64,000 nucleotides of DNA from Nageia nagi (lineage: Eukaryota > Plantae > Pinophyta): positions 144,088,001 through 144,152,000 of the forward strand of contig JBITNC010000001.1 of the NCBI GenBank assembly GCA_050084985.1. The letters are read 5' to 3'. The notes beneath the pieces are model-generated. The model worked only from the letters and a program-made list of their open reading frames with translations. It was not told the origin of the DNA and ran no database searches. Both the position numbers and the translations under genes were made by a program. Below, piece after piece: positions 12,760-59,088 of this stretch (within the stretch, counting starts at the first letter, position 1; the number at the start of each line of letters is the position of its first letter).

Positions 12760-15700
12760 AGTGTAACATGTGATCTATGTGTACTCTATGAGATAGACAT
12801 TGTGTTAGGTACCATGTGAGAATTATATTATATATTATATGTGCTCATTGGCAAACAAAATATGACTCTAATCATGTCTCTCATTTATCAATGTGTGATC
12901 CATTTCTATCAAATAATTCATGTGTCCTTTCAACCCATCCATTTCTCTTTAGTTTTGAAGGTGATGATCTTGTATTGCTCACTTTTTAATAATCATACAA
13001 TATCATCAGTTACCATTAAAATGGACATCTCTATATCAATATGAATATCACCCTCACAAGATTATTAATAGTGCATGAGATTGTGCACTTCTATATGCTC
13101 AAAACTCTTCTTATGGTGATACATGTTGATAGAAAATCAACAAATGTTATAAAGTTTAGATTTACTCCTGACAATATTGTGATCATTGTAGTCCATGAAA
13201 CTATTTTTGTGTCATGCATCTTGTCAAATAATTCATGGATTTTCTCCTCGATAATGTTAATTACATATCATAGGAAACCTTTTAGATATATTTACAACCC
13301 CTATTTATTAGAATCTAGATATATTTTAAAAATAAAAATCCAAAGAAAAATGATAAATTCCATATTTTGTAGGAATTACATAGAGAAACCAAAATAATTT
13401 ATATACACCTAAACACAAATATATAGATCTCAACAAGATGTATACCTACAAGACAAACAACCAATGAGATAAAATATATCTCATAATCCATAGGTGTTGC
13501 ATAGAGTACATAATTACACTACCATAGTTTCAAAATAATTTCCATGAAGCTCTTATGGAAAAGGCATCTTAAAAATAAAAATAAAAACCTAAAACCATAA
13601 GATCCATATAAGTAAAATAGATTGTATTTAACAAACCAATATCTCCTAACAAATCCATATACTATAAGATAGAGATAACTTTGAGATTGATCTAAAATTT
13701 TGGGACAAAATATGTACCATATACAAGGTGTATATGAAAGTTGAGACTAAACCTATGTCATAGATAAAGAGTATTTTCATTCTATAAAGATAGTTGCACA
13801 ATTCATTATGATAAAAGGTGGTCTATTAAATAAGGGATATATCTTGATATGGATAAGAATATTGCATATGAGAGAATGGCCTACAATTATCTCACATGTT
13901 GTATGCATATTTCCATGATGTGGAAGCAAGTGCACAATATATAAATCCATACTATACAAGGGGTATTTTGCATTTGGTATAATTAGTCACAATTTTATAG
14001 ATGATCATAAAAATATAAGACAAGATGAAAATAATACATTCCAATCAATGTCTATCTCTATTAATTTACACATAAAAAGTACACATATATCAATATCCAT
14101 ACATCATTTGTTTAAAATAAAACAAAATCCTTTAACTCAATCAGATCTAAAAAATAAAAAATTACTAAGAGTGAATATACATACTTAAAATAGTATTGAT
14201 GGGATTCATGGCAACACGAATCCTGGTTGCATCTCTAGTAAGCTTCCCTATATCATTAAATATTATGTAGGAATAAGTGGTCATGTTTTTTTTTATCATT
14301 AATGATGATTTCAATCCTATCATGCTACCACACGCCCAACAACAATACTTGGTTCCTAGATCTATCTTGATTTTAATCCCTCGCCCTCGCCAACCATTTC
14401 ACAAACAAACTCAAACTATATAAATTAAATCTCTATCATAAATCCAATGGGATAATTTTTTTTTAGAGAATCATTTTTGCACCGAAATACAAATCATCAC
14501 CCACCCTTGCAAATGCTTTGTTTAGTCCCAATTTTTTCTAGTTTTTTAGGGCAATTGTAAACCATTATTTTAGGGTTTTAATTCATTGTAAAAAACCAAT
14601 TCTTAGGTGTTTTGAAAGGTGATTTTAGTGTATATTATGATTATTTTTTATTGCTATAAAAAACTATCTTATTATTGCCACCCTTAATTCCCTTTTTCAT
14701 GTAGTGAAAAAGCAAGATAATTGATTTGAAATCACACTTAATTGAGAAAGCTTGCAATAAAAGCACAAGTGAATTTTAGTTCACCCTTAACTTAATTATT
14801 TAGGATAGACTAGTTCTCATTAGGATTCTCTAGTTTGATTTCACATCCAACACTTCCTAATATGCTTCTTATATAAATGATAATTGATCTAATGGAGAAG
14901 CACATTCTAACTATAATTCCAAATGGAAAAATATAGGTTATAACCTTGAAATAATAAATTACCCATAATATTTAATTCAACCTACAATACAAGGGCTATG
15001 ATATCAAAAATTGAAGCAGTCTTACTACTCTGTATAAAAAGAACATAAGTTTAAGTTTAAGGAATGCAATATTTGTATTTAAAGTATGTTATATTATTTT
15101 AAATTAATATAAATAAATGAAATTCAAAATTTATCACTATTATAAATATTATAAAATACAACCTCGAGTATGGTACAACTTCTATAACAATCACAACCAC
15201 CATAAAAACTTCAACTACAGATAATGGATCTAAAGGGTGTTTGTTTCAACTTGCATCCATTGCACTCTTGCATTAAAATAATAACATTTCAAAAAATAGT
15301 GTGTAAATAGTAACTCTATTATTGGTTTTACGAAAATATCCATATATTTGTGTCTAGATGATCATAATGTAGACATTTAAATTATTAAATAATATAAAAT
15401 ATATTTTCAAGAAGAATTGATTCATTGAAAAGGGATGAATACCACACTACAAAAAAATATGGAAATAAGTAAAGCATAATTGATAGATCTTGTAAATGGT
15501 TCAAGAGATAAACCAAAAATCCTTAAGCAATTTAAACTCAATTTACCAACAAAAAAAAAAGAGTGTAAAACTATAAAGAATGACATCTATTATATGTGAT
15601 CGTGGCTTCCAACAAAATAAGGTACCCTGATCCATTATAATAGATACCCCTCATGTGGTACTACCAGACCTTGGAATAATAATCATAATGATCATGGGAA

Positions 15701-16299
15701 CAACTTCAATGAAAATTTAAGCTAAAAATAGACTCAATTTTGAGTTCTAAATAATACATCCACTAATACTATATCATCTAAAAAGATGAATCTTGTATTG
15801 ATTATTAATTTGTTATTTCATTTTAAAAATACTTGAAAAGATTTTTTGAATCAAAGTTTCATGTATTAAATGGTCTCTCATGAAATAGAATGCAATGAAA
15901 ATCTAGCAAAATTGGCTAAAATTTACATACTTCAAAATGAAAAATAAAGTACACCTAAGGTGGGCCACAATGCTTCTATGGTGGTAGCTCCACTTTGACA
16001 ATATTTAAGAGCTAAAACATAGACATCTATTGGAATGAAGTCATGAAACAAGGAATTGATGCCTATTGGAACTTGCATAATACCAATGATAACTGATAGA
16101 GCTTAAAGAGAACATGGCTAATCATAATCAAATAACAAACATGCATAAGAAAGGTTTATCTCTTTTTAGAGTCAAGTTTGCAAATAATGTTAAAATTGAT
16201 GGATGATATTATTCACAATAGTATGATTGTGTGAAAAGGAATAATTTTTATTTTTGGCAAAGTTAGCTTTAGGAAAGTATGAATCTAATCTCTTCTATT

Positions 16300-19200
16300 T
16301 GATAAGGGTGCATATTGACAAAGCACTTAGAGATTACAATTTAGCCATAGAAAAGAAACTTTATGTAAATAAAATTTGCCTCGTATATTTTTTGTGACTT
16401 TAATACATTCAGTCACCTACTAGAAAAGTAATCTAAATTATACCTTAACATTGCTTCAACTTTTATTCCAAATGTCTATATATAGGTCTTTCAAATATTA
16501 GCACATCTCTAAAGAGTATGAGCTAATCAATGAATCTACATTTAAATATGCAAATAAAGGTAACAAAATTTTTGTTTCCTTAGATAAATGAGTGCTTAGA
16601 CAAATTTGTTGTAAGATATCAAAAGGTATGAATATTTTAGATGGAATAATTCTTGTGAAAATGACTTTTGAAGTATTGCTTGAGAATATTATAATTGATT
16701 TAAAATGTACTACACTTGATCATGTGTATAAGCCTTTTATAGATATTCAACATATAAGTTGATTAAAAAGAAAAATCTATGGTAGTGGAAAATCAACTTA
16801 AATATGTAAATCATGCTAATAGTAATATTGTAAGAACATATCCAAATAAAGAAGATACTAAAGTGAATGTTGTTGAGGCAAGTACAAAGGAAAGGTCAAA
16901 AGAACCAAGAAAATTAAGAGACTTTTTTCAATTATTAGTCTATTGTAGAAATAGATTTGAATATTTTATTAAAAGAGGTCTTATTAAAAGGGTTAAAGGG
17001 AAAGAGCTTAAAGAAGTTGATAAGAAGCCAACTTATCATAATGCAGATGCATTTTATAGATATCATCAAGTTAATTATATCGATAATTATTTTGATTTGA
17101 AAAAAATAACTAAAGAGATCCTTGGTGGTGGTCAAGTGGAATATGAGAATAGTGGTGGTGCGGTGTCAATTCACCACTTAAGTTTTCAAATACAGGGCAA
17201 TGTTATGGGCTATATGTGATTAGGTTCTCTATTCAAGTGATTGAGATTCTAATCAAATCAAATATTGAACTGAATTAAAAATTCCTTTAAAGGAAACATT
17301 TAAAATTGATAAATTTGAAATCAAATACAGGAAAGGAAATGGTTTTGTAATTTTCAAATATTAAAGTTGCAACTTCACATGCACACACACACACAAAAAT
17401 CGAATCACTAAAATATGCATTCAATCAAACAAATCTCACACACATAAGTGAAAGGAAAGAACAAGGAGGAGGATCTTCTACTAAGCAAAGTGGGCCTTGA
17501 CTCATTCAATAGAAGTCTCCTAAAATACTTCAATTAATGCTTGGAATCAAACTCTTACTTGCATTACTAATAGATTGAATTACAATCTTATATTACAACA
17601 TAACTTTCAAATATAGGTAACCTCATGATTTATGTGAAGCTTCCTTTTATTTTAATGGTATTAACAACTATTAGCTAAAAATCAATTACTAGAATCATAA
17701 CAACTTGCTAACTAAATCTTGTAAAAATATAGATTTATTCAAATATAGAAAATGATTAATCATTATGCTAACAACTTGATCAAATTAATTGATTTCTCAG
17801 TTGTACAAATAACTAACATATGTCAAACTTGGTATTCTAATTGAGAATGGTGTTCATGCATCACTGGTGATGATTTATTCCAATTTGGGTTCCTTCAAAT
17901 CAACTTTGGTTGACTATTTGATCCTTGTTCATGCATAATGCTTAGTGATGCTATTTGTGGATGTATGTTGACCATGTCCTTTGTTATCTTCTTCAATATG
18001 ATATTGACCAAAGCTCGAGGTTAATTCCCAAGTGCAAAATATGGCAGATGGTATTCTGGAGCTCCCCTATTTTAAACCTTTAGAATTGAAATCCTATTTC
18101 TTTTGAAGCTAATTCAATATTTTAGGGAATAATTATGGGGCTAGAATTGCATTAACTTATTACAAGCATAAATTAACACAAACTAGCATAAATTATCACA
18201 TTTAAATATATCAAAGCACAAAATAATCAAGATTATATAAAGCATATATTTCATTACCAACCTTATATAATTAACACTTTTAACATAATTATAGAGTCTA
18301 GTGGCATCCAAAGTATAAGAACTTATGAAAATATGTAAGAAAAGCAAGGATCATTTATGGGCTCATCTGGTGGGATCGCAAAACCAACCACAAAATAGTG
18401 ATATCCATCAAAAAGTTGACATGGTGAATATAATTAATCATGATAATAATGAGGAATCCAAAGAATAATGCAACATGATAACAAGAGATAGAAAAATATG
18501 TATTCATAACCGTACTATTATACAAAAAAATGATATACTTGGTTCTTCTAAGAGCAATTTTAATTATGATTTTATTTATCAATTAAAGAATATAGTTGCT
18601 ATGATTAAGTTTTTATGGATTAATTATGAATTTCAAAAAGCATAGATTGGCATTATTTGAGGTATTAAATAAATAATATATTGATTCTAGTAGTCTAGCA
18701 AGTGCTTTTATAGGCATGGTTAACTTTTTTAGATAGGTTAATATGATCAAGTTTGATGATGAAGAGCTACTAACATAAGATATCATAGATTGTAGCTTGG
18801 ATTTCAACATCCATGTAAAGATATATGATAGGAAAGTAAAAGAAGCCTTAGTGGAAATTAGATCAAGGCTCAATGTTTGGTCATTGAAGTTTTTAGAAAT
18901 AAGTTAAAGGAAAATTGCTTAGTAAGCTCAAAAAATCAATGGTAAAGATAAAGGCTTTTGACAATGAGGATGAACAATAATGTGTTGGATATATCTATTT
19001 GCTAGTTTAATTGAGAATAAGACACATGTCATGGATAAAAATATTCCTTACAAAATCCTTTGTGGAAGACTATGGATTCATGCTATGGAGGCAATTTCAT
19101 CCACTTTTCATAGATGCCTAAAATTTGAGCATGTAGTAATTGTTCATATAATCAAAGCTAAAGACAATTTAAAGATCATAATTTGAAGAGTAAAAGTTAC

Positions 19201-22200
19201 ATTTATCCCATTTAATGATGAAATGAAGGATGTAAGAAAGGAAGAACAATAATGGAAAGGGTTTGAAGAGGAAATTATGGAAACATACCATTTTAGTGAT
19301 GTTAATATCCTCCATTAAAAAAAAAATTTTGAAACACCTTAAAATAAGTCCTTTGAAAAGCATTTGTACTAACATCATCTCCAAAGTGAAAATTAGCAGT
19401 GACACTATAATGCCTATTCAAAATATGGTAAAGAAAAGATCAAGAAAGTGCTTTGTAATGAAGACACTTCACCTAGAGAAGAGGAGAAGCATGTTCACTA
19501 AAATAAGTAAAAGAACAAGCATGCCTAAGTAAATAAAAAATTAAAAGATTTGAATATTTTCTCATATTTTATCCTAATATATTTTATGGATAAATGTAAA
19601 TATAAAGGAAAAGGTATGGGAAAACAAGAACAAGGAATGAAAACCTTGGTTGATAATTTTGGAATAGTTCCAAAATGTGATAAGAAAGATCTAGGTGCAA
19701 AAAGCTTATATGAGTGAGAATATAGTGCTTCAAAATTAAAGCAAGAGTATGTTGTAATGGTTGATCTATCAAAAATTATAAAATATTATAAGAGATAAAG
19801 GTAGCATAAGAAGTGCATCAATGTTGGGTATAATGATAATTCTAAGGCTACCAATATCTCTTTACAAGTAAAATTATACCCACCATTTCCGTTGACTTCT
19901 CCATCAGCTCCTATGTCACTTGAGAAATTCCAAACTAATGATGCAATTCTAGAAATGATGGGAGTAGGGATTGAATTTCCTACACATCATGTCAAGAGGA
20001 AATTAATAAGGTATATGCATACATGTGCATATTTTAGCTTATAGGTTGAAGACATAACAAGTTCTCCCCTGCTACACTATCCCACTTTTATCTTTTATTA
20101 TTAGGAGTAGGAGTAGGGCTAGGTAGTTAGGAAAAGAGGGGTGGTTTCCAAAATCTTATGACATGGTTGAGAACATTTTATGATAGGGCTATGTGCATTA
20201 CCAATTTCCCCTTAATTGAGTGATAATATGACATTACTAAATGAGATGTTTGTGGACATCAATATTGACTTATAACAAGATTGGAGCTTGGTTCAATGAA
20301 GAAGAAAGAAAATATTATCAAGAGTTAATGATAAAATTTATATATGTCTTTGCTTGGTCATATGAAGATATGTTTGGGCTAAACATTGATTTTTTTACGT
20401 ATTATTTAGTATTCCATGAAGATGTCAAAATAATTTAATAGAAGAATATACATATACATCCTAAGATTGCTCTTTTGGTTAAAATAAGATTCAAAAGTAT
20501 ATAAAGGCTAGCTTCATTGAACAAATTGATTATTTCCCTTTGACAATAAATGCAGTCCTTTATATGAAACAAAATGGAGAGGTAATATTTTCTAGGGACT
20601 TTAAGAACATCAAGAAGGCATGCCCTAAAGATCATTTTTTTGTTCTCAACATTGATATGATAGTGGATCCCATAATTGGGCATGAGATTCTTTCATTCAT
20701 GGATGGCTTCTTAGGATACAATTACATAATATTTAATCCATATGATTAGAACAAAACTTCCTTCACAACTTCTTAGGGCATTTTTTGCTATGTGGTGATA
20801 CCTTTTGATCTCAATATCAAATTGCTATGATTGCTATATTCCATGATCTCATACATCATTCAGTTCAAGTGTATGTTGATGACATCCTTCGAAATAAAAG
20901 GATAAGGAAGATCATCACGAGGATATAAGAATCATAGTCGAGAGATTAAGGAAGTATAAGCTCAAATTGAAGCCTTCAAAGTATTTGTTTAAGATCTCGA
21001 GTGGAAAATTGCTAGGTTTTAGTGTCTTAAGAAAAGGGATTGAAATTTTTTCTAGATTAGAAAAAAGATAAAAGATATCTAAAAAAATGCCTCCTCTAAT
21101 GAATCTTAAATAAATAAGGATTTTTCAAGGAAAAGTTCAAGTGATAAGGAGATTTATTGCCCAATTAGTTGATAAGGTTGCTCCATGTCATTTTCTCAAG
21201 AAGGATATCATATTTGTTTGGTACAAGAAGTGTTAAAAATCTTTTGACAACATCAAAATATATTTTCTTAATCCTCCTATCCTAGTTCTTATTGATAATT
21301 TAAAACCTTTGTATTCATATGTTTTAGCAATAATGAATGCCTTCGGGGCACTTTTGGCTCAAAGGGGTGATGACAATAATGAAAAGATAATATATTATAT
21401 CTCTAAGATATTGTTAGATAATGATATAAGATACAAACCCATAGAAAAGATTTGTTAGGTTATAGTTTATGCTATAGAAAAGTTGAGGTATTATTTGATC
21501 ACAAATACCATAAATTTGTTATTACACAAGTTGATCCACTCAAGTACATCTTGTCCAAACCACAAATTTAAGGTAGGAATACAAAATATGTCATGTTATT
21601 GCAATAATTTGATCTTCTTTTTATGCATCAAAAATCAATTAAGGGCCAAGCAATAGCAAATTTTATAGCTGAAGCTCCATATTGAGATTCCATCCCATGT
21701 CATGAAGAATTATAGGATGAGATTATTTCCTTTGCTAAAAAAGAGAATGATGAATGGAATCTTTAATTTTATGGTTAAAAATATGTTAGATGAGCTAGAA
21801 AAGTATATATTGGCTACTCCTCAAGGTGTAATTATTCCAATGGCATACAAAATTAATTTTGATTATACAAATAATATGGTTGAATATGAGGTTTTGATTT
21901 TGGGTATGAAAGATGTTGTTTTAATCAAAGCCAATAATCTAAGCATTAATGGTGATTCTCAAATGGTCATCAATCAAATCAATGAGGTATACAACACTAA
22001 GGATGGAAAAGCTAATACCCTACAAGAAGATGATCATAAAGTACTTCAAAAAAGTGAGGATTGAGAATGTTCCTAGGAATAATAATAGGTTTGTTGATGT
22101 TGTGGCAAATGTGGCCTCATTGAAACCCATTCCTATTAAATATGAAGAGACTATAATAAAGATAAAAAGCCTAAAGAAACCTTCTCATATGTTAGAGGAA

Positions 22201-22930
22201 CATGACATATTGATATTCCTTTACCATTGAGCAAACTTTATCATATTTTGTTTTTACTTATGATGAATGGTACAAAAATAGGTATGCATACCTCAAAGAT
22301 GGCACTATTCTTGAAAAATACAAAAAGAAGTTCCAAAAGATAAGGCTTAAAAAGTTAATTATAAGGTATTTTCTAATTTGTGATGTTTTATATAAAAGAT
22401 CTTTTGAAGGTACATTGCTAAGGTGTTTTTTCCAATAAAAGGCTAAAAAGTAATGGAATAAGTGCATGAAAGCCAAAGTGGAGGTCATTTTAATTGTAAG
22501 TCCATCTATCATAAGCTTCTAATAGTGGGGTATTATTAGTCGTCAATGGAAAGGCATTGTGTTGTCCATGTAAGAAAATATGTGGAATATCATTGAAAGC
22601 ATGCAAAGCTTCAGCTAACTCCTTCACAAGAGCTCTACACAATGGTCTCTCCTTGGCCATTTTCTATCTACATTATAGATCTAGTGGGTGTGATCAATCG
22701 AAAGTTAAGACAAAGGCATAAGTTTATCATCACAACCATATAATACTTCACAAAGTGGCTAGAAGAAATCCCTTTAATATCATTAAAAGGTCATCAAATT
22801 TTGAAGTTTGAAACTAATAATATCATTGCTAGATTTGGTGTTCCATCTCAAATCTTCATGGAACCTTAAGGGCAAAGCAATGAAATTTTTTTATAAGCTC
22901 TTGCATATTCAAAAAATGTTATCTCCTTTG
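16300..22930 (+). mobile_element. Heavily decayed Ty3/gypsy Tat/Ogre-like gag-pol (gag, PR, G-patch, RT, RH, additional archaeal-type RH, IN), interrupted by an unrelated segment at ~17200-18290
   Basis: Motifs in order: gag-like PTYHNADAFYRYHQ; protease IPYKILCGRLWIHAMEAISSTFHRCLKF; RT DFKNIKKACPKDHF...ILSFMDGFLGYN and VYVDD (~20869); second RNase H TNNMVEYEVLILG...GDSQMVINQIN and VPRNNNRFVD; integrase PWPFS, YFTKWLE, IIARFGVPSQI. The order RT-RH-aRH-IN is typical of the Tat clade. Confidence 0.88.
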
Positions 22931-24169
22931 TCCTATCCAAAAAATGAAAAATTAGTTATCTTAATTATTACTTAATTGATAATATATTTTATTTTAATGT
23001 ATATTTATCTTACAAATTATTATCATATAGGCTAACATAAGTGCATATCTCATATTGTTTTCTCTTTTCTTGTGCAAGGACCCTAACATCGGTATTGCTT
23101 GTAGGTGGATATCATGATGGTTCTCTTGCCTATAAAAGGGAGATACCCTTACATGGGATGATTATTGGATCTTTATCTTGATAGGACCATGTTATTACAA
23201 GTTTAGGTGTTTGTCAACATCACCTATTGAGATTGAGATCTCACTATCACATGAGTTCTTATCATTTATTCTTTCTTTATTATATGTTATATTAGGCTTA
23301 TTGCTTTATGTGAGGATTGATTTGTAGGTAAATTGGCATTGACGTCGAACTTAGTAATTATGTTAGGCTATTTGACTATATTACTTATGAACTTCGTACA
23401 TCAAGATCCTACTACTTCGATAAGCTCATATCTTTGCATATAATTGATCATCCAAGTAAAGTAACATGTATATCTCTTTGATTTCTCACTTAGGTCCTAT
23501 GTATTATGTCTAACATAATAGTGTAAATATTAGTTAAATTAAATTTTGCATTTACCATATCTTATATTATTATCTTTTTATTATTCTGCATTACATTTCC
23601 TTAGTACTATTCTTCTTTATTTGTTATATATTTACTATAAATTAACTAAAAGATTTAATTTTAGTTAATTATAATTAATTATATTTTTTAATGATTATAA
23701 TAGTGATAACTTTCAACATTGTATTCCTTAGACTTAAACTTATGTTTTTCTTTTTATACATGGTAGTAAGACTTGCTTACAATTCTCATACCATAGCTTG
23801 TGTTATAGGTTGAAATTCCAACCTTAGTCAACATTAATTACATCGTAAGCATCCATTGACATAGCGTAAGGAGGAAATTAGGATCCAACGATAGGTTGTC
23901 ATTGTAGAGAATGCTCGACTATAGAAATTATATGAGTCATTCATTTTATCTCTGCAAATCGAAAGCCTTTAGTATATTAGTTGCTTTCAATCTAATCAGA
24001 AAACGACTATTGTTAGTGTCATGCATGTGGGACATACAATTCTTGTTGAGCTAGGAAATTTGAATTCATCTGGTAGAACTACTATTGCTTTTTATTCAAT
24101 TTGGTGAGTCACAACCACAACAATGTAATGTAATTAGGGGGCCCTTTCAGAAATCTAATTTCACATTTG

Positions 24170-24525
24170 GAGGGCCCTTTCAACATATTCATTTTATGCA
24201 TATCTTGTGATCATCACATTTCGTGAGACTATGTTTGCATCATCTAGTCAAACAATTTACAGACCCCTTCAACGTATTCATTTTGTGCATATCGTGCCAT
24301 GAACCTGTGTCTGCATCATGAATTTTCTTGAACAATTCCTAGGTCCCTTCAACGTATCCATTTTTTGCATATTTGAGATCATTGTAATCCATGAAACCAC
24401 GTGCATCGTGCATCTTGTCAAACAATTCACGGGCCCTTTCAATGTATCCATTTTATGCATATCCTATGATCATTACCCTTCATGAAATTGTGTCCGCATC
24501 ATGCACCTTATCAAACAATTCTTTG
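24170..24525 (-). pseudogene. Tandem of ~4 decayed short (S-type, ~31 aa) PPR motifs
   Basis: Minus-strand translation: KELFDKVHDADTIS*RVMIIGYA*NGYIERARELFDKMHDA..VSWITMIS..YAKNGYVEGT*ELFKKIHDADTGSW..YAQNEYVEG. The repeat period is ~80-93 nt. Confidence 0.88.
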
Positions 24526-25815
24526 AATCTTAAAACCTATTAATCTACAATGTACCCATTGCACAAGGTTGTAATAACTAGTAATATTACCATGGACTAC
24601 ATTCTAATCATCTTTTCTATACATAGATAAATATGTTCAAAATGATTTTTCAATTAGAAAAACCAAAACAATTACATCTTTAGATACATCCGTTTGAGCA
24701 AAATGAAGCATAACTTCTCATTACCTCTCGACAATAGAGTGAAGCAAAGTTCTATAACTAGTACACAATTTCTCGACACAAAGCAAAAGATAATCGCTTA
24801 TTACATGTCATCGTTGTATTCCTCAAAATAGACAAAAAAACAAAATTGACCACTATTTGACTTAGCTGTAATGACTATTATTTCAATCTTGCCCGTATTT
24901 ATAACTTAACTTTTTGTAATTCATGATATTGTAGCGAATTTAAATGAGCTTCCTCATGTATAGACGCACTCCATGTCCCAGAGGGAGTTCCTTGTACAGA
25001 GGACTGAACTTACCCTCTCATTTTTTTTGTCTCACTTTAACATATCATTATGTAGTAAATAACTACACTAGATGATATTTTGCAAATGAGTTGTTTGGAT
25101 CTCTCTATTCCAGTGTATGCCGATGCATTTGAAGAAATGTTATCTCTGTTTGATTCTTTTTCCTGCTAGTCATCCTCTTCCATTTGTATGGGATTTCCAT
25201 CAAGAGATTGATTCAATTGCTTTACCATTTGTTATTTGGTCTTTCTTACGATTCCTTGTTCTACCAAACACTGCATCATCTCTTAAATTTTTTTTCTTAT
25301 TTCCCTCACTTAACAAAGGTGTAATTGCTGCTGCTTCTAAATTTGAATACACTGTATATTTGATTGTTTCTGCCTTTACTCACATTAATCACCTCGTGTC
25401 GTCTTCTATTCTTGTTTTTCTTCCTCTCCTTCGCATTTAGTGCACTTATTGGTTTGATTTTTTGCTATTGCTGACTACATTCTAATCGTCTGCATATTGG
25501 ACTTCGGTGCGTTTCTTAGAACAGCCTTCGTTCCCGATCTCTCATTCTCGCCAGCCTTCAAATTCGATCAGATAGCTAGATGTGGACTCGTGACGCAAAA
25601 CCACTTTACATCAAATCAACAAAGACCAAGTCCACTGATCGCCGAAACCCCAAAGAAGCTTACTACGTGACGGACTCTTATCAACACTATTCACATACTG
25701 GATGGGAACTCGAGCTGCGTGGCCTCCATCTTGGTCTTCACTTACAATGCCAACTTCAAAGACGTAAAGCTGCTCAACGATCCCCTCATCCAAACCATTA
25801 ACATCATCTACAACA

Positions 25816-58476
<32,661 letters not shown>

Positions 58477-59088
58477 ACCAGATGTTGTAGGCATGGATTA
58501 AAAATTTTTTTTTGCTGGAACATGCTAGTCTAAAATTCTTCATAATTCCAGTGCAGAATTTTTCTTGTACAGCTTAATGAAAGTTTTATTCCTGTGACAG
58601 TTTTGAGAAAAGACATTGCAAAAAGTTGATCCATGATATTAATATACTTAGTTTATGTAAAGGGTAGAATTTGTTGCGTCTTTTTTCTCATATTATTTCA
58701 TAATGTAGTGTTTCCAAGGGTTAGGATTTGTTGGTTCCTTTCTGTTTTTTTATTTTATTTTATATATGAGTTTTGGTAGGCATTTGAACTTTTGCAATGC
58801 ATATTGGACCTAGTATTTTATTTCAGGAATAGATATATAATTAGAATAGGGGATAGCGATGAATTTTTGGATCTTACATGGACTAGCAAGGGATCAGATA
58901 TGTATTTTGGATCACAGCAAACATGATGCTATGCATCAATTGATTTCAGTTATGATGCATATTTATTATATTATCACATTCTATTCATCCCTGTTTGGTC
59001 ACCTGAAAGGAAACAAGTTATAGAATCACCTTTGCATAGTCACGTTTACAAAAATTAAACTTGCCCAGTTTATATGCTAGGCTAGAGA

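Noticed and set aside
1196-13959. Numerous short AT-rich ORFs in the track (e.g. 1196-1510, 12841-13397)
   Set aside because: No domain motifs or splice support; they lie in LTR-like or low-complexity DNA.
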